Source of the DNA: Calditrichaceae bacterium
GTDB lineage: Bacteria > Calditrichota > Calditrichia > RBG-13-44-9 > J075
Reading direction: 5' to 3'
Assembly: GCA_013360445.1 (NCBI GenBank)
Contig: JABWBP010000036.1
Span: forward strand, 322-64,321
Length of the DNA stretch: 64,000 nucleotides
In this document: positions 55,074 through 64,000 of the stretch, piece by piece
Position numbering within the stretch: position 1 is the stretch's first letter
Layout of the letters: every line of letters begins with the position of its first letter
The notes under the pieces: model-generated
Database searches by the model: none
What the model was told of the DNA's origin: nothing
What the model saw: the letters and a program-made list of their open reading frames with translations, nothing else
Translations under genes and position numbers: made by a program

Positions 55074-56201
55074 TCAGGCAGAGCGGTGATACCGATAGCG
55101 TTTTTCTTTCGTATCCAGTTCCAAAGATTTCAACAGCGAACGCAGCTTGAAGTAGCCGATTTTTACCCCTCCGTACTCCGGCTGGCGCAACATTTTCCGA
55201 ATCGCCCGGGGAGATAGTTCCGGGTGTTGGGAGATGATATCGCGCACTTTATCCGGAACCGGCATTACTTTAATATCGATCCTGCGGCTATATTTTTCTG
55301 CGTCGAAGGCGATATAATTGACTTTATCCGTCTGGACAAGAGCGGTCGATATGCCTTCGTTGGCTAAAATTCCGTCAATATTGATGTCGATCTCCTGGTC
55401 AATGATAATATTCTTGTCCTCCCCGGGAACCTCCGGCTTGAACGGAGGCTCTTCGATGAATGCTTCCTCCCCGTTACGTTCCGGTTGAAATGTAACTTCC
55501 CGTTCTTCCGGCTCTTGCGGCTTTGGGGAAGGCGCTTCGAGGGGGAGATCCACCGAAGGGGGTTCGGGTGCGGCCGGTTCTTCGAAGAGAGTCCCGGTCA
55601 GCAGCGGATTTTTCGTTTCCAGGGGTTCCCGGGCCTGCTCAGGTTTTATCTCGCCAAGCTCCCGGGCCGGTTTAAGCGGTTTCTGTTCCGGCGGGGGAAG
55701 CTCCGCGGAAACCGGCTTTTCTTTGATGGCCGGGCCGGGCGGCGCAGCTTTTTTCGCCCCGCTCTTTTTCTCCGCCGCTTTGGGCTTTTCCTTCTTTGCC
55801 TCTGGCACCGGCGCGGAAGCAGAAACCATCTTCGGCTTTAGATTGAAACTCTTGAGCGCATCTTCCAGCGAAGGATATTCGGAAATGATATGATAAAATT
55901 CCAGCATCTGGTAGATTTCGTAAATTTCCGGCCCCATATTCGCCAGCTTGATATCCCCGCTGCTCTCCCGGAAACGCTTGATCTCGCCGATCAAAACCCC
56001 CCAGCCGGCGCTGCTCATATACACCAGGTTCTGTAAATTGAAAACCAGGCGGTAGTACTTATCCTTCAGGGATTTGTTGATCATCTCCTGCAAAAGGTGG
56101 CAATTGGCCTGGTCCACGTAGCCGCTGATCCCGATCAGCATGATGCGGGCTTCTTCGTCCATTACTTTTGTTTCGATTTTGATGCCTTCTTGCTCAATCA
56201 T
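55074..56201 (-). CDS. STAS-domain protein (anti-sigma-factor-antagonist fold) with a Pro/Glu-rich linker and an uncharacterised C-terminal domain
   Basis: The N-terminal 110 aa is a STAS fold (LVFNLQNLVYMSSAGWGVLIGEIKRFRESSGDIKLANMGPEIYEIYQMLEFYHI). A roughly 120-aa P/E/K-rich linker follows, then a roughly 120-aa domain (IDINIDGILANEGISTALVQTDKVNYIAFD..) of unknown family. Confidence 0.6.
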   Translation of the reverse strand: MIEQEGIKIETKVMDEEARIMLIGISGYVDQANCHLLQEMINKSLKDKYYRLVFNLQNLVYMSSAGWGVLIGEIKRFRESSGDIKLANMGPEIYEIYQMLEFYHIISEYPSLEDALKSFNLKPKMVSASAPVPEAKKEKPKAAEKKSGAKKAAPPGPAIKEKPVSAELPPPEQKPLKPARELGEIKPEQAREPLETKNPLLTGTLFEEPAAPEPPSVDLPLEAPSPKPQEPEEREVTFQPERNGEEAFIEEPPFKPEVPGEDKNIIIDQEIDINIDGILANEGISTALVQTDKVNYIAFDAEKYSRRIDIKVMPVPDKVRDIISQHPELSPRAIRKMLRQPEYGGVKIGYFKLRSLLKSLELDTKEKRYRYHRSA

Positions 56202-56510
56202 TTTACATCTTTTCGGTTTTTGTAACTATTCAGCCATCCGTGAAATGGCATCCCGCGTGGCCGAAATGCCTTGTTCTTCCTGAAAAAGCGCGCCGTGTGC
56301 ATTTATAATGATCGGAAATGGCGGCATTAATATTAGTTGTTATTTCAATTTACAAACTCAAATATAATTTCATTAACCTTCCATTACAAGAAGGGGGTAA
56401 ATATCTGTGAGTTAGCTTAAACCGCGCTGAAAAACTCTTGCCCACCCTTATCCTGCAACATTTTTCTATCCCGAAATCGAAGAATGGGAGATGCAAGTCT
56501 CCGTTTCTCC

Positions 56511-57359
56511 CTATTGCCTGCCGCCGGCCAAACCCGCTTCCCGGAAAGACGTGAACGGGAACAGGTCCGTAATGGTGTTCAGCCTTTCCAAAAAAGTATT
56601 GATGCCGCGGTAATGGCGGATTTTCCCCAACAGGCTCAAGGGAACCCTGGGCAGGTCAAGGTCAAATTCCCACGGGTGGGCGTAAAAAATGACCGGGCGT
56701 TTTTCCTGCTGGCAGCGCTTCATCAACTGCACGGAGAGGGGAAAGGGATACAGCCGAAAATAGCCTCCCCCGCTGCAGGGAAGGTTAACCTTGCCCAACC
56801 GTACCGTGGTCATGGGATATTCCCACAACTCTTGTTCGCCCTCGCGGTAGATAACGTACGGCTCCCGGGGCGCTTCGGGAATGCCATAGCGGTCGTGATG
56901 AATGGGGAATACCGAGGAATCGTAGCGCAGCCCCTCTTTCAACATAATCGGGAGCGCCCAAAAGGAAGATTTGGTAATCGAGAACGTGGGGGCGCGATAC
57001 CCGGCGACCGGGGCGGCGGAAAGCGAATTGAGAATATCCAGAGAGCGGCGTAAATCCGCGCGGAATTCTTCCGGTTCGAGGTGGGTGACCATGCGGTGGG
57101 CGTACCCGTGAGAAGCGATTTCGTGGCCTTCCCGCGCCGCATCGCGCACGATGGCGGGGTATTTTTCCGCTACCCAGCCCAGGAAAAAAAAGGTGGCGGT
57201 CAATCGTTTTTTGCTCAAAAAGGTCAGGATAATCTCGGTGTTCTTCTTAACCCGGCTTTCCAGGAGGCTCCATTGCTCCATCGGAAACCTGCCGGAAAAT
57301 ATTTCCGGGTGAAACCAGTCTTCAATATCAAACGACAGGATGTTGGTAAAATTCTTCAT
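56511..57359 (-). CDS. Polysaccharide deacetylase of the DUF3473-containing subfamily found in exosortase/PEP-CTERM-type EPS loci
   Basis: N-terminal LSFDIEDWFHPE (the FD[IV]ED opening typical of this subfamily), HEIASHGYAH, and a C-terminal DUF3473-like region. 282 aa. Confidence 0.7.
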   Translation of the reverse strand: MKNFTNILSFDIEDWFHPEIFSGRFPMEQWSLLESRVKKNTEIILTFLSKKRLTATFFFLGWVAEKYPAIVRDAAREGHEIASHGYAHRMVTHLEPEEFRADLRRSLDILNSLSAAPVAGYRAPTFSITKSSFWALPIMLKEGLRYDSSVFPIHHDRYGIPEAPREPYVIYREGEQELWEYPMTTVRLGKVNLPCSGGGYFRLYPFPLSVQLMKRCQQEKRPVIFYAHPWEFDLDLPRVPLSLLGKIRHYRGINTFLERLNTITDLFPFTSFREAGLAGGRQ

Positions 57360-57443
57360 CAGCGATTCCGAAAATAGCCGCCACTCGCCCGGCAGGGATT
57401 ATTACAACTTCATAGATAAAGAAAAAGGCCAACCGGCCTCTTC

Positions 57444-58454
57444 TTACTGTCCTCTTGCGCTCAGTACTACCCAAAGCGTTTTGAAAAGAATTTTTAAATA
57501 TAACCTGACCGGATGCGGATTTTCAATATAGTAAAGATCATACTGCAATTTTTCCTTCACGTCATCCAGGGTCTCGTCGTAGCCGCCTTCCACCTGGGCG
57601 TAACCGGTCAGCCCCGGCTTCACTTTCAAACGATCCATGTAGCGGTGAATTTCCTTGCGATATTTTTCCACGAAATAGGGTCGCTCCGGGCGCGGGCCTA
57701 CCAGGCTCATATCCCCGCGGATCACATTTACCAACTGGGGCAGCTCGTCCACCCGGGTTTTGCGGATGAAACGCCCGACTTTGGTAATCCGGGGGTCGTT
57801 GCGGGTAGCCAACTGCGGCCCGCTGTATTTTTCCGCATCGGAATACATGCTGCGGAATTTGTAAATTCTGAAGATCCGGCCGCCCTTCCCCACCCGTTCC
57901 TGGCTATAGAGCACCCTGCCGGCGGATTCCAGCTTGATGGCGACGGCGATTAGAATCCAGGAAGGCAGAAACAACAAGAATAGCATGATCGAGATGGCCA
58001 AATCCAATATCCGTTGAAGACGGTGCTCTGCCGGGGGCGATTGCTCGGTGATAATTTCCGAAAGGGTATGATCGTAATCGACATCATAAGTATGCGGAAG
58101 AATTTCGTAGGCAATTTGCTCTTTTTCGCACTTCTGGATCACTTCATGCAGCTTTTGGAAATCGCCCGGATCGATCGCCAACACCACCCGGTCGATATTG
58201 TGGCGCAGCATGATTTTTTTAATATCCGCCATCTCTCCCAAAATATTGGGAAATTTTGAGCGGTCGAAGTTATTTTCTACCGGCTCGATATTGATGAATC
58301 CGACTATCCTGCGCCCATTCTGCTTAAATAACGAAGCGTTTTCCCAAAGCCTGGTAGCAATCCGATTTAAACCTAAGATGGCAATGTTAGAAGCGTCGGA
58401 AGAAAACGATTTTCTGATCACATTTACTTTTCCGTACAAATTCACCTGCGACAT
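57444..58454 (-). CDS. Polyprenyl-phosphate glycosyl-1-phosphate transferase (EpsB/WbaP-type initiating sugar transferase)
   Basis: Bacterial sugar transferase C-terminal domain [45 protein letters not shown], with an N-terminal CoA-binding-like domain and a single TM segment. It is the first gene of the co-directional block. Confidence 0.85.
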   Translation of the reverse strand: MSQVNLYGKVNVIRKSFSSDASNIAILGLNRIATRLWENASLFKQNGRRIVGFINIEPVENNFDRSKFPNILGEMADIKKIMLRHNIDRVVLAIDPGDFQKLHEVIQKCEKEQIAYEILPHTYDVDYDHTLSEIITEQSPPAEHRLQRILDLAISIMLFLLFLPSWILIAVAIKLESAGRVLYSQERVGKGGRIFRIYKFRSMYSDAEKYSGPQLATRNDPRITKVGRFIRKTRVDELPQLVNVIRGDMSLVGPRPERPYFVEKYRKEIHRYMDRLKVKPGLTGYAQVEGGYDETLDDVKEKLQYDLYYIENPHPVRLYLKILFKTLWVVLSARGQ

Positions 58455-58868
58455 AAGATTGTTCTATCTCAACAATAATAATAGTCAACATCCTGCCAAA
58501 ATTTGTGAACCATGTCAAGCCGGCGAATAACCATATATAGCTCCGCCATGTCAATTACACTCATAGTTTTAATATAGTTATAGCCGGTAGTGCCTGTATG
58601 ACTCATCTCACAGAAGGATTTCACTTATTTTTACCCTCCCGCGCCTGTTTCAATGGTCGAAATCCCCCGCGGAATCATTAGCGGGGATCCCAAATGCTTT
58701 TAAAGCATCCCAAAGTACAGGGCGTTGTGAACGCCCGGCACTCAGCGCTATGCGCTATGCACTATGCGCTTCGCGCCCCCCAGGAGATTTGCATAAAAAC
58801 CGTTTCAATAAATCAGGTTGGACTATTAAATTGCCGCCTCAAGGAGTTCGATCAAAACTGAAGTTGAT

Positions 58869-59465
58869 ATGCGGCTAACCATACCCAACCAGCTTACCAT
58901 TCTGCGCATCATCCTGACGCCGGTTTTTATCATCCTGTTTCTAAAAGAAGCTCCCCTGGAGCAACTATCCGCCTCGATCATCTTTACGATTGCGGCCCTG
59001 ACCGATTGGTACGACGGTTGGTACGCCCGCAAATTCGGGGTGATTACCCGGCTGGGGCAATTTATGGATCCCCTGGCCGACAAGGTTCTGGTCAGCTCCG
59101 CCCTGCTGGTATTCGCGGCGCTGGGCTATGTTTTTTCCTGGATGGTCTGGATCATTATCATTCGCGACGCCTTCATTACCGCCACGCGGATTTTCGCCCT
59201 GAAAGTCGGCAAGCCGATCATTACCCACGTGCTGGCCAAGTGGAAAACCGCCGCCCAAATGACCACCATTTTTTTGATTTTGATCTTCATCAACTGGTAT
59301 AACTACTCTGCCGGCAACCCGGATACCTATGCGGCCCGCTATTTCGACCCGATCGGGATTGCCATGCTGATCGTAACCTTCCTGACCGCGCTATCCGGAG
59401 GGATTTACCTGGTGGAAAATCGAGGGTTGTTGCTGAATATTTTCAGGAGGGTGGTGCGGTTGTGA
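58869..59465 (+). CDS. pgsA: CDP-diacylglycerol--glycerol-3-phosphate 3-phosphatidyltransferase (CDP-alcohol phosphatidyltransferase family)
   Basis: DWYDGWYARKFGVITRLGQFMDPLADKVL is the D(x)2DG(x)2AR..G(x)3D(x)3D signature. It is divergent from the polysaccharide block. Confidence 0.8.
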   Translation: MRLTIPNQLTILRIILTPVFIILFLKEAPLEQLSASIIFTIAALTDWYDGWYARKFGVITRLGQFMDPLADKVLVSSALLVFAALGYVFSWMVWIIIIRDAFITATRIFALKVGKPIITHVLAKWKTAAQMTTIFLILIFINWYNYSAGNPDTYAARYFDPIGIAMLIVTFLTALSGGIYLVENRGLLLNIFRRVVRL

Positions 59466-59621
59466 AGTGGAGGAAACGAGGGAAAACTAAGATCGCGGCG
59501 CTTGGCGAATTTCTTACGGCTGGTAACAACTATCCGAAATCAGTTGGCAGGAAGGTCTTAACGGCATATAAACCTCCCGAATCCTGCATTCGGCAGAATT
59601 CGGGAGATCGGAAGGTTAAAT

Positions 59622-60494
59622 CTACTTCATCAACATCATTTTCCGGCTCTGCACCTTATCGCCGGTAATCAAACGATAGAAATAGGCCCCACTGGGAAGA
59701 TTTTCGGCGGTCCAGGTGAGGCGGTAAGTCCCCGTCGCCATTCTTTGCTGGTTCACCAGCCGTTCCACTTCCTGCCCCAGGGAATTGTAAACGATCAAAG
59801 AAACCGTCTCCGCCGCGGGAAGGGAAAATTCGATAGTGGTAGAGGGGTTGAAGGGGTTGGGATAGTTCTGCTTCAGGGTATATTCCGCCGGAACTGCGGG
59901 ATCCAGCACCAGGTCGATGCCGCTGACGCCGGAGAGGGTCAGGTCGTCAACCAGGAAGAAAGTCCCGGCAGTGCCCCCGATGGTTCCGGTGGTATCCCCG
60001 GCAAATATCTCGATATAACAGTTATTGGGCACATCGCCGCTTATGTATTGGATGGGAATGTCAAAAGAAGCATAACCGGAAGTGGCGGGGGGGAGATAAG
60101 AGTAACCTGCGCCGACGCCGATACTATCCTTATACATAATTACCCAGGCAAACATTGCATCCGTACCCTGGGGGGAGAACTGGTAATACCCGCTAAAATT
60201 TGCGTAACGCTGGGAAACCGGGAATCCCTGCGCGGTGTCTCCGGCGATCATATAGGGAGGAAAGAGAAAGCCGGAAAAATCCACCACGTCCCCCCGGGCG
60301 GCGGAACTGCCGGAGTGGCTATTAGCTGATTGGGTGATGGGGGTAAAAAAACCCGGAACATTCGGGGTTAACCAACCATCCGGATTACCGGCGGTCCATT
60401 GTTCGAAGCCGCCGTTGGGAATCTGGGCCTGGCTTCCCAGAGTGAAAAAGAGTATCGCCAGCAAACTCATCAAAAATCCGAACCGCTTATACAT
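59622..60494 (-). CDS. Secreted hypothetical protein with a Por/T9SS C-terminal sorting domain
   Basis: Signal peptide MYKRFGFLMSLLAILFFTLGSQA. C-terminal NYPNPFNPSTTIEFSL..GAYFYRLITGDKVQSRKMMLMK. Confidence 0.65.
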   Translation of the reverse strand: MYKRFGFLMSLLAILFFTLGSQAQIPNGGFEQWTAGNPDGWLTPNVPGFFTPITQSANSHSGSSAARGDVVDFSGFLFPPYMIAGDTAQGFPVSQRYANFSGYYQFSPQGTDAMFAWVIMYKDSIGVGAGYSYLPPATSGYASFDIPIQYISGDVPNNCYIEIFAGDTTGTIGGTAGTFFLVDDLTLSGVSGIDLVLDPAVPAEYTLKQNYPNPFNPSTTIEFSLPAAETVSLIVYNSLGQEVERLVNQQRMATGTYRLTWTAENLPSGAYFYRLITGDKVQSRKMMLMK

Positions 60495-60586
60495 AATTGT
60501 TCTCCTTCATGCATGATATTAGGTGAGATATTTAACCTCCCGAAGGGGCTTGAGCCTTCGGGAGGTTGAATTGAGAGAATTCGGGA

Positions 60587-62947
60587 TCAACGCGCTAACA
60601 ACATTTTCTTCACTTCTCTAAAGCTTCCCGCTTCGATCCGGTAGAAATAGACCCCGCTGCCCAACTGGCTGGCGTCGAAATCCACCTGGTACTTTCCCGC
60701 GGCCAGCGGTTCATCCACCAAAGTGGCGACCAACTGTCCCAAAACGTTATACACCAGCAGCTTGACCGGCCCGGCCTGGGAAACGGCAAAGCGGATGTTG
60801 GTGCTGGGGTTGAAGGGGTTGGGGAAGTTCTGTTCTAACTCGTAACTGGCCGGTACCTGCGGGTCTATCGGCTCGATGCCGCTGATGACGCCCTGCACCG
60901 CCGCCAGGGCATTCACCCGCCCGTAACCCCAATTGTAGTTGGGGGTGGTGCCGGTCCAACTGTCCACCCGGGCGGTGGAGGTGAGGATATTCAGCACCGT
61001 CTGGGGAGTGAGCCTGTGATTCTTTTGCAGCATCAGCGCCACCACCCCGGTGATATGCGGGGAGGCCATGCTGGTTCCCTGCTGTTTTTGGTGCTTGCCG
61101 CCCAACAAGATGTTATGCGGCTGCACCCCGGTGCCGATGGTCAAATCACTGGAAAGAGGCGCAAGGATGGCTTCCCCGGGAGCGGTAATCTGCGGTTTCA
61201 GCCGCCCGTCGCGGGTAGGCCCATGGCTGCTGAAGTAAGAAAGCTGGCCGATGGTGGGAACCACCGGCCCGCCGGGACCGGGATTCTGTTGCTGCTGGGT
61301 TTGGCCGTTCACGTCGATCCACTGGTTCTTGGTCACGTAAGAGCCGACGGTAATAATCTGGTTGGCCGTTCCCGGCATGCCCACGGATTTGTCGTTGTCC
61401 CCGGGGCGAATCCAGGTGCCGGAGTCGATGGTAAAGTAACCGCCTGTCACCACCCACATATCAAAACTGGGGCTGCCGGAGCTGCTGAAGGTATAGAGAG
61501 ACCAGAACACCGTGTTGATGGGCAGGGCGCCGTTGTTGCTGTCGATGAGCACCAGCACCCGGCGGGCGTTATTCTGCGGATCGTTCAGAGTCGTCGCATC
61601 GATAGATATTAACCCGTAAGTGGTGCCGCTGACCGTGAAAGGCACATTTTGGATACTCTGCCCGGGCGCAACCGGGTTGGTCCACCCGAGTAGTTGAGCA
61701 TTTTGATCGTAGGCGGCGATGCCGACGGAAATGTTGCCGGTGTTATACCACATATCCGCTAACGTAACGGCGCTGCTGCCGTCGGCGATCCAGATGGTTT
61801 CCAGGGCGTCGTTGTAGCTGCTGCCCTGCTGGGTGGCATACCCGCCGTGAATGAAATCGGAGCCTTCGTTCCCGGCCGCCGCCACGATGATTTTACTCGG
61901 CCCGGTAAGGTTATCCAGCGCCTGTTCGTAAAGGCTGGTGCCGTCGTGGGCGCCAAAATGCCCGCCCAAGCTCAGGTTTACCGCCGCGGCTTTGCCCATC
62001 GCTATCGCTTTGGAGAAGGTGTAGGCGACCCCGTCAACCACATCGCTATCGGCAAAACCGCCGTTGCTGTTGTGGTCGCGGATGCCTTTCACAAAAATAA
62101 TGTCCGACTGGGGAGCCATGCCGATATACCCCGCCTGGGCGCGGCCGCTGCCCGCGGCTGTGCCGGCCACGTGGGTTCCGTGGCCGCCGCCGCCGTTGCC
62201 GTCGATCTCAAGGCACTGGCCGGCGTCGATCTGCGCCTTGGTGTATTCCCGCCCGTAGTTGTAGCCGGAAGGGGGATTGCTGGTGCCGGACATATCCCAG
62301 AGGTACTGAATTCGGGTAGTGCCGTCGTTCCAATCGAAATCGTCGTGTTTCCAGTCGATGCCGCTATCCAGCACGCCGACCACCACTCCGGCGCCGTTGT
62401 AGGGCTGGGGCAGCCCCACGCCGTTATGGACGTCGTCGGCGTTGATCTCAACCCGGCTGACGTCGATCAGGGCTTTGGATTTGGCGCTGATCTGCATGGA
62501 GTGGATGGCGCCGTCTTTGGCCAGGTTTTCCACCGCGGCAACCGGCAGGGTAGCGGTGAGAATATCGCCGGCCACCGTGGAGACCGCGCCGCCGGCGGCT
62601 TCGATTGACGCAATCGCCGCGTCCGTATTGTAAGTCTTTACGAACACCGCTACCGTATATTCGCCGGAAACGTTCTGCTCCACCCGGGCAATTTCAGCGA
62701 ACTTCCGGGCCGCAGCCTGCTTTTGAAGTGCGGCGCCGCTGTCCCGGAAATTGCGGACCACATAGCGCAGCAGGGGATCGATCTTCCCCGCAGTTTCATC
62801 GCCGGTAACCACCGGCGCAGAAATCGCTTTCGACAGGTCCGCCGGGAATTGCTTCTCGATTCCAACCGCTTTGCCGCGCTCCCGGGCAACAACGAAACCG
62901 GAAAAGAACATCGCCACACAAAGTGCGGCCACTATAGACTTGAACAT
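60587..62947 (-). CDS. S8-family subtilisin-like serine peptidase with a T9SS C-terminal sorting domain
   Basis: Asp VLDSGID, His HGTHVAGTAAG and Ser GTSMASPHITGVVALML. AGGAGG RBS before the ATG at 62947, and signal peptide MFKSIVAALCVAMFFSGFVVA. The C-terminus is NFPNPFNPSTNIRF..GVYFYRIEAGSFREVKKMLLAR. The ORF-track N-terminal extension to 63271 is rejected. Confidence 0.85.
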   Translation of the reverse strand: MFKSIVAALCVAMFFSGFVVARERGKAVGIEKQFPADLSKAISAPVVTGDETAGKIDPLLRYVVRNFRDSGAALQKQAAARKFAEIARVEQNVSGEYTVAVFVKTYNTDAAIASIEAAGGAVSTVAGDILTATLPVAAVENLAKDGAIHSMQISAKSKALIDVSRVEINADDVHNGVGLPQPYNGAGVVVGVLDSGIDWKHDDFDWNDGTTRIQYLWDMSGTSNPPSGYNYGREYTKAQIDAGQCLEIDGNGGGGHGTHVAGTAAGSGRAQAGYIGMAPQSDIIFVKGIRDHNSNGGFADSDVVDGVAYTFSKAIAMGKAAAVNLSLGGHFGAHDGTSLYEQALDNLTGPSKIIVAAAGNEGSDFIHGGYATQQGSSYNDALETIWIADGSSAVTLADMWYNTGNISVGIAAYDQNAQLLGWTNPVAPGQSIQNVPFTVSGTTYGLISIDATTLNDPQNNARRVLVLIDSNNGALPINTVFWSLYTFSSSGSPSFDMWVVTGGYFTIDSGTWIRPGDNDKSVGMPGTANQIITVGSYVTKNQWIDVNGQTQQQQNPGPGGPVVPTIGQLSYFSSHGPTRDGRLKPQITAPGEAILAPLSSDLTIGTGVQPHNILLGGKHQKQQGTSMASPHITGVVALMLQKNHRLTPQTVLNILTSTARVDSWTGTTPNYNWGYGRVNALAAVQGVISGIEPIDPQVPASYELEQNFPNPFNPSTNIRFAVSQAGPVKLLVYNVLGQLVATLVDEPLAAGKYQVDFDASQLGSGVYFYRIEAGSFREVKKMLLAR

Positions 62948-63096
62948 AACTATTCCTCCTGTGGTTTTATGGTATAGTGTTAAACACTGACAGCCTCGAC
63001 ACCGACAGTTTTGGTCGATGTTGGGATTTTTGGCATGATGGAGTGTTGCCAAAACCGCTAACAGCAATCCATTAATCCAATACTCCAATCCTCTAT

Positions 63097-63432
63097 TTAA
63101 TATTTCCGTTCCACCGATAGAGCCAATTGAATGACATAATCGTGCCTGGCCAGCTCCCGGATTTGCCGGGCGGTTCCGGTAGCGGTAAAAATATCCCCGG
63201 TGACGGTATGAATGGTGGCGCCGCTGGCTTCCAACTGCGAGCGCATTTCTTCCGAAATGGGTTGGCTGCACTTGCCCAGAACCTGGATCGGCTCTTCGCT
63301 GGCGCTTTTTTCCGCGGTTTCCACTTTCAGCCGCAAAGGGGCGTCGAGTTTTTCCGACTTATCGGAACGGGATGAGGCGCAGGCCAGGAAAAACATTAAC
63401 ACAAACAGTAGTGCTGGTTTCATGAGAATCAT
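63097..63432 (-). CDS. Small secreted/lipoprotein-like protein resembling the N-terminal pro-region of the adjacent subtilase
   Basis: Signal peptide MILMKPALLFVLMFFLACASS. The motif GATIHTVTGDIFTATGTARQIRELARHDYVIQLALS parallels GGAVSTVAGDILTATLPVAAVENLAKDGAIHSMQIS in the subtilase pro-region. Confidence 0.45.
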   Translation of the reverse strand: MILMKPALLFVLMFFLACASSRSDKSEKLDAPLRLKVETAEKSASEEPIQVLGKCSQPISEEMRSQLEASGATIHTVTGDIFTATGTARQIRELARHDYVIQLALSVERKY

Positions 63433-63605
63433 CCTTCCATAATTGGATTGAGAAGCTGATTAGTATAAAAGCGGTGCAAATATAAGTTGATCACCTTGAG
63501 CGGTCAAGACATCTTTTTGAGTTCACGCAAAAATTAAACCGCTTTTCTCTTTTTCATTCCTTACCCGTTATCCGTCTCTAACACCCGGGCGTTTTAAAGA
63601 TTATG

Positions 63606-63944
63606 TCACTGGATGATGAACGGATTTTGTGGAAGCATCTGCGCAGTCAGGTTGTGCAAAGCTACTTTCCATTTCAGGGGCTTGCCGGGCAGGTCTTCCC
63701 TCCGGGCGTCGTTCAACAGGTAGCGGAGTGTTTTATCGTCAATGGATTTTTGCACGTCGAAAATTTGCAGCAAAAAGGGCGTATCTTTGGCGACAATCCC
63801 CTCGCTTCCGGCTCGCAAAATATTTCCTTCGCGGTCTAACAGCATCCCGGTCACTTGCAGCACTTCTACCGGCTTGTCTTCCGCGCTCAGAAATTTGATA
63901 CCCTCCTCATATTTGGTTCCTAACACCACTTTTTTCTCGAACAA
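63606..63944 (-). CDS. Hypothetical protein, possibly N-terminally incomplete at the window edge
   Basis: Clean ORF to the first Met at 63944. The reading frame may continue past position 64000. Confidence 0.3.
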   Translation of the reverse strand: MFEKKVVLGTKYEEGIKFLSAEDKPVEVLQVTGMLLDREGNILRAGSEGIVAKDTPFLLQIFDVQKSIDDKTLRYLLNDARREDLPGKPLKWKVALHNLTAQMLPQNPFIIQ

Positions 63945-64000
63945 CCCTTTATCGGCCTTGGGATACTGGCTAAAGCCCAGGTTGATGAAGAGCAGGTACT

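Noticed and set aside
56484-57053. 189-aa plus-strand ORF opposite the DUF3473 deacetylase gene
   Set aside because: It is antisense to a gene with clear family motifs, and the composition is Gly/Arg-rich.
62948-63271. N-terminal 108-codon extension of the subtilase ORF
   Set aside because: An internal ATG with an AGGAGG RBS and a textbook signal peptide is present. The extension is Arg/His-rich with no function and overlaps the 3' end of the small-protein gene region.

Overview
This is a high-GC (about 58-60%) bacterial chromosomal segment. Four proteins end in the Por/T9SS C-terminal sorting domain (..NYPNPFNP..KMLL[VL][RK]), which points to a Bacteroidota/FCB-type lineage. Several genes carry clear Shine-Dalgarno sites. 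No rRNA genes, tRNA genes or CRISPR arrays were recognised.

Left third (1-22.5 kb): mixed housekeeping and secreted genes.
- Membrane/secreted proteins: a PEGA-repeat membrane protein; a roughly 1,240-aa T9SS cargo protein combining a beta-propeller, ASH/Ig repeats, FG-GAP repeats, dockerin repeats and a cohesin-like module; and a second FG-GAP T9SS protein.
- Housekeeping and stress genes: RarA/MgsA, Cu/Zn superoxide dismutase, a DinB-family protein, an M3 oligoendopeptidase, a Kup potassium transporter, a GT2 glycosyltransferase, an RRM RNA-binding protein and CspA.
- Other: an MNT/HepT toxin-antitoxin pair followed by a DUF488 (YeaO-like) gene, and a PAP2 phosphatase next to a GT39 (ArnT/PMT-like) glycosyltransferase.

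Middle (22.6-58.5 kb): a roughly 36 kb block of 27 co-directional minus-strand genes, read here as a heteropolysaccharide (EPS/capsule/O-antigen-like) locus.
- Core machinery: an EpsB/WbaP-type initiating sugar transferase, a DUF3473-type polysaccharide deacetylase, Wza, a Wzc BY-kinase, a Wzx flippase, a Wzy/O-antigen-ligase-family protein, GT4 glycosyltransferases, an NAD-dependent epimerase and an MBOAT/SGNH O-acetylation pair.
- Unusual gene content: an acyl-activation/reduction module (AMP-ligase, ACP, LuxE-like, LuxC-like, FabG); two more ATP-grasp ligases; an ATP-grasp::LMW-tyrosine-phosphatase fusion; FemAB/GNAT-like enzymes; two APH-type kinases; and a STAS-domain protein just upstream of wza-wzc.
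- Intergenic repeats: almost every intergenic gap in this locus longer than about 100 bp is filled with a distinct short tandem or inverted repeat family. Several sit immediately 5' of start codons or overlap stop codons. One is in frame inside the AMP-ligase CDS.
- Mobile elements: a MITE-like element with CACAGAG-rich terminal inverted repeats is present in at least three copies plus fragments.

Right end: pgsA, a T9SS cargo protein, an S8 subtilase with a T9SS C-terminal domain, a small secreted protein that resembles the subtilase pro-region, and a partial ORF at the window edge.
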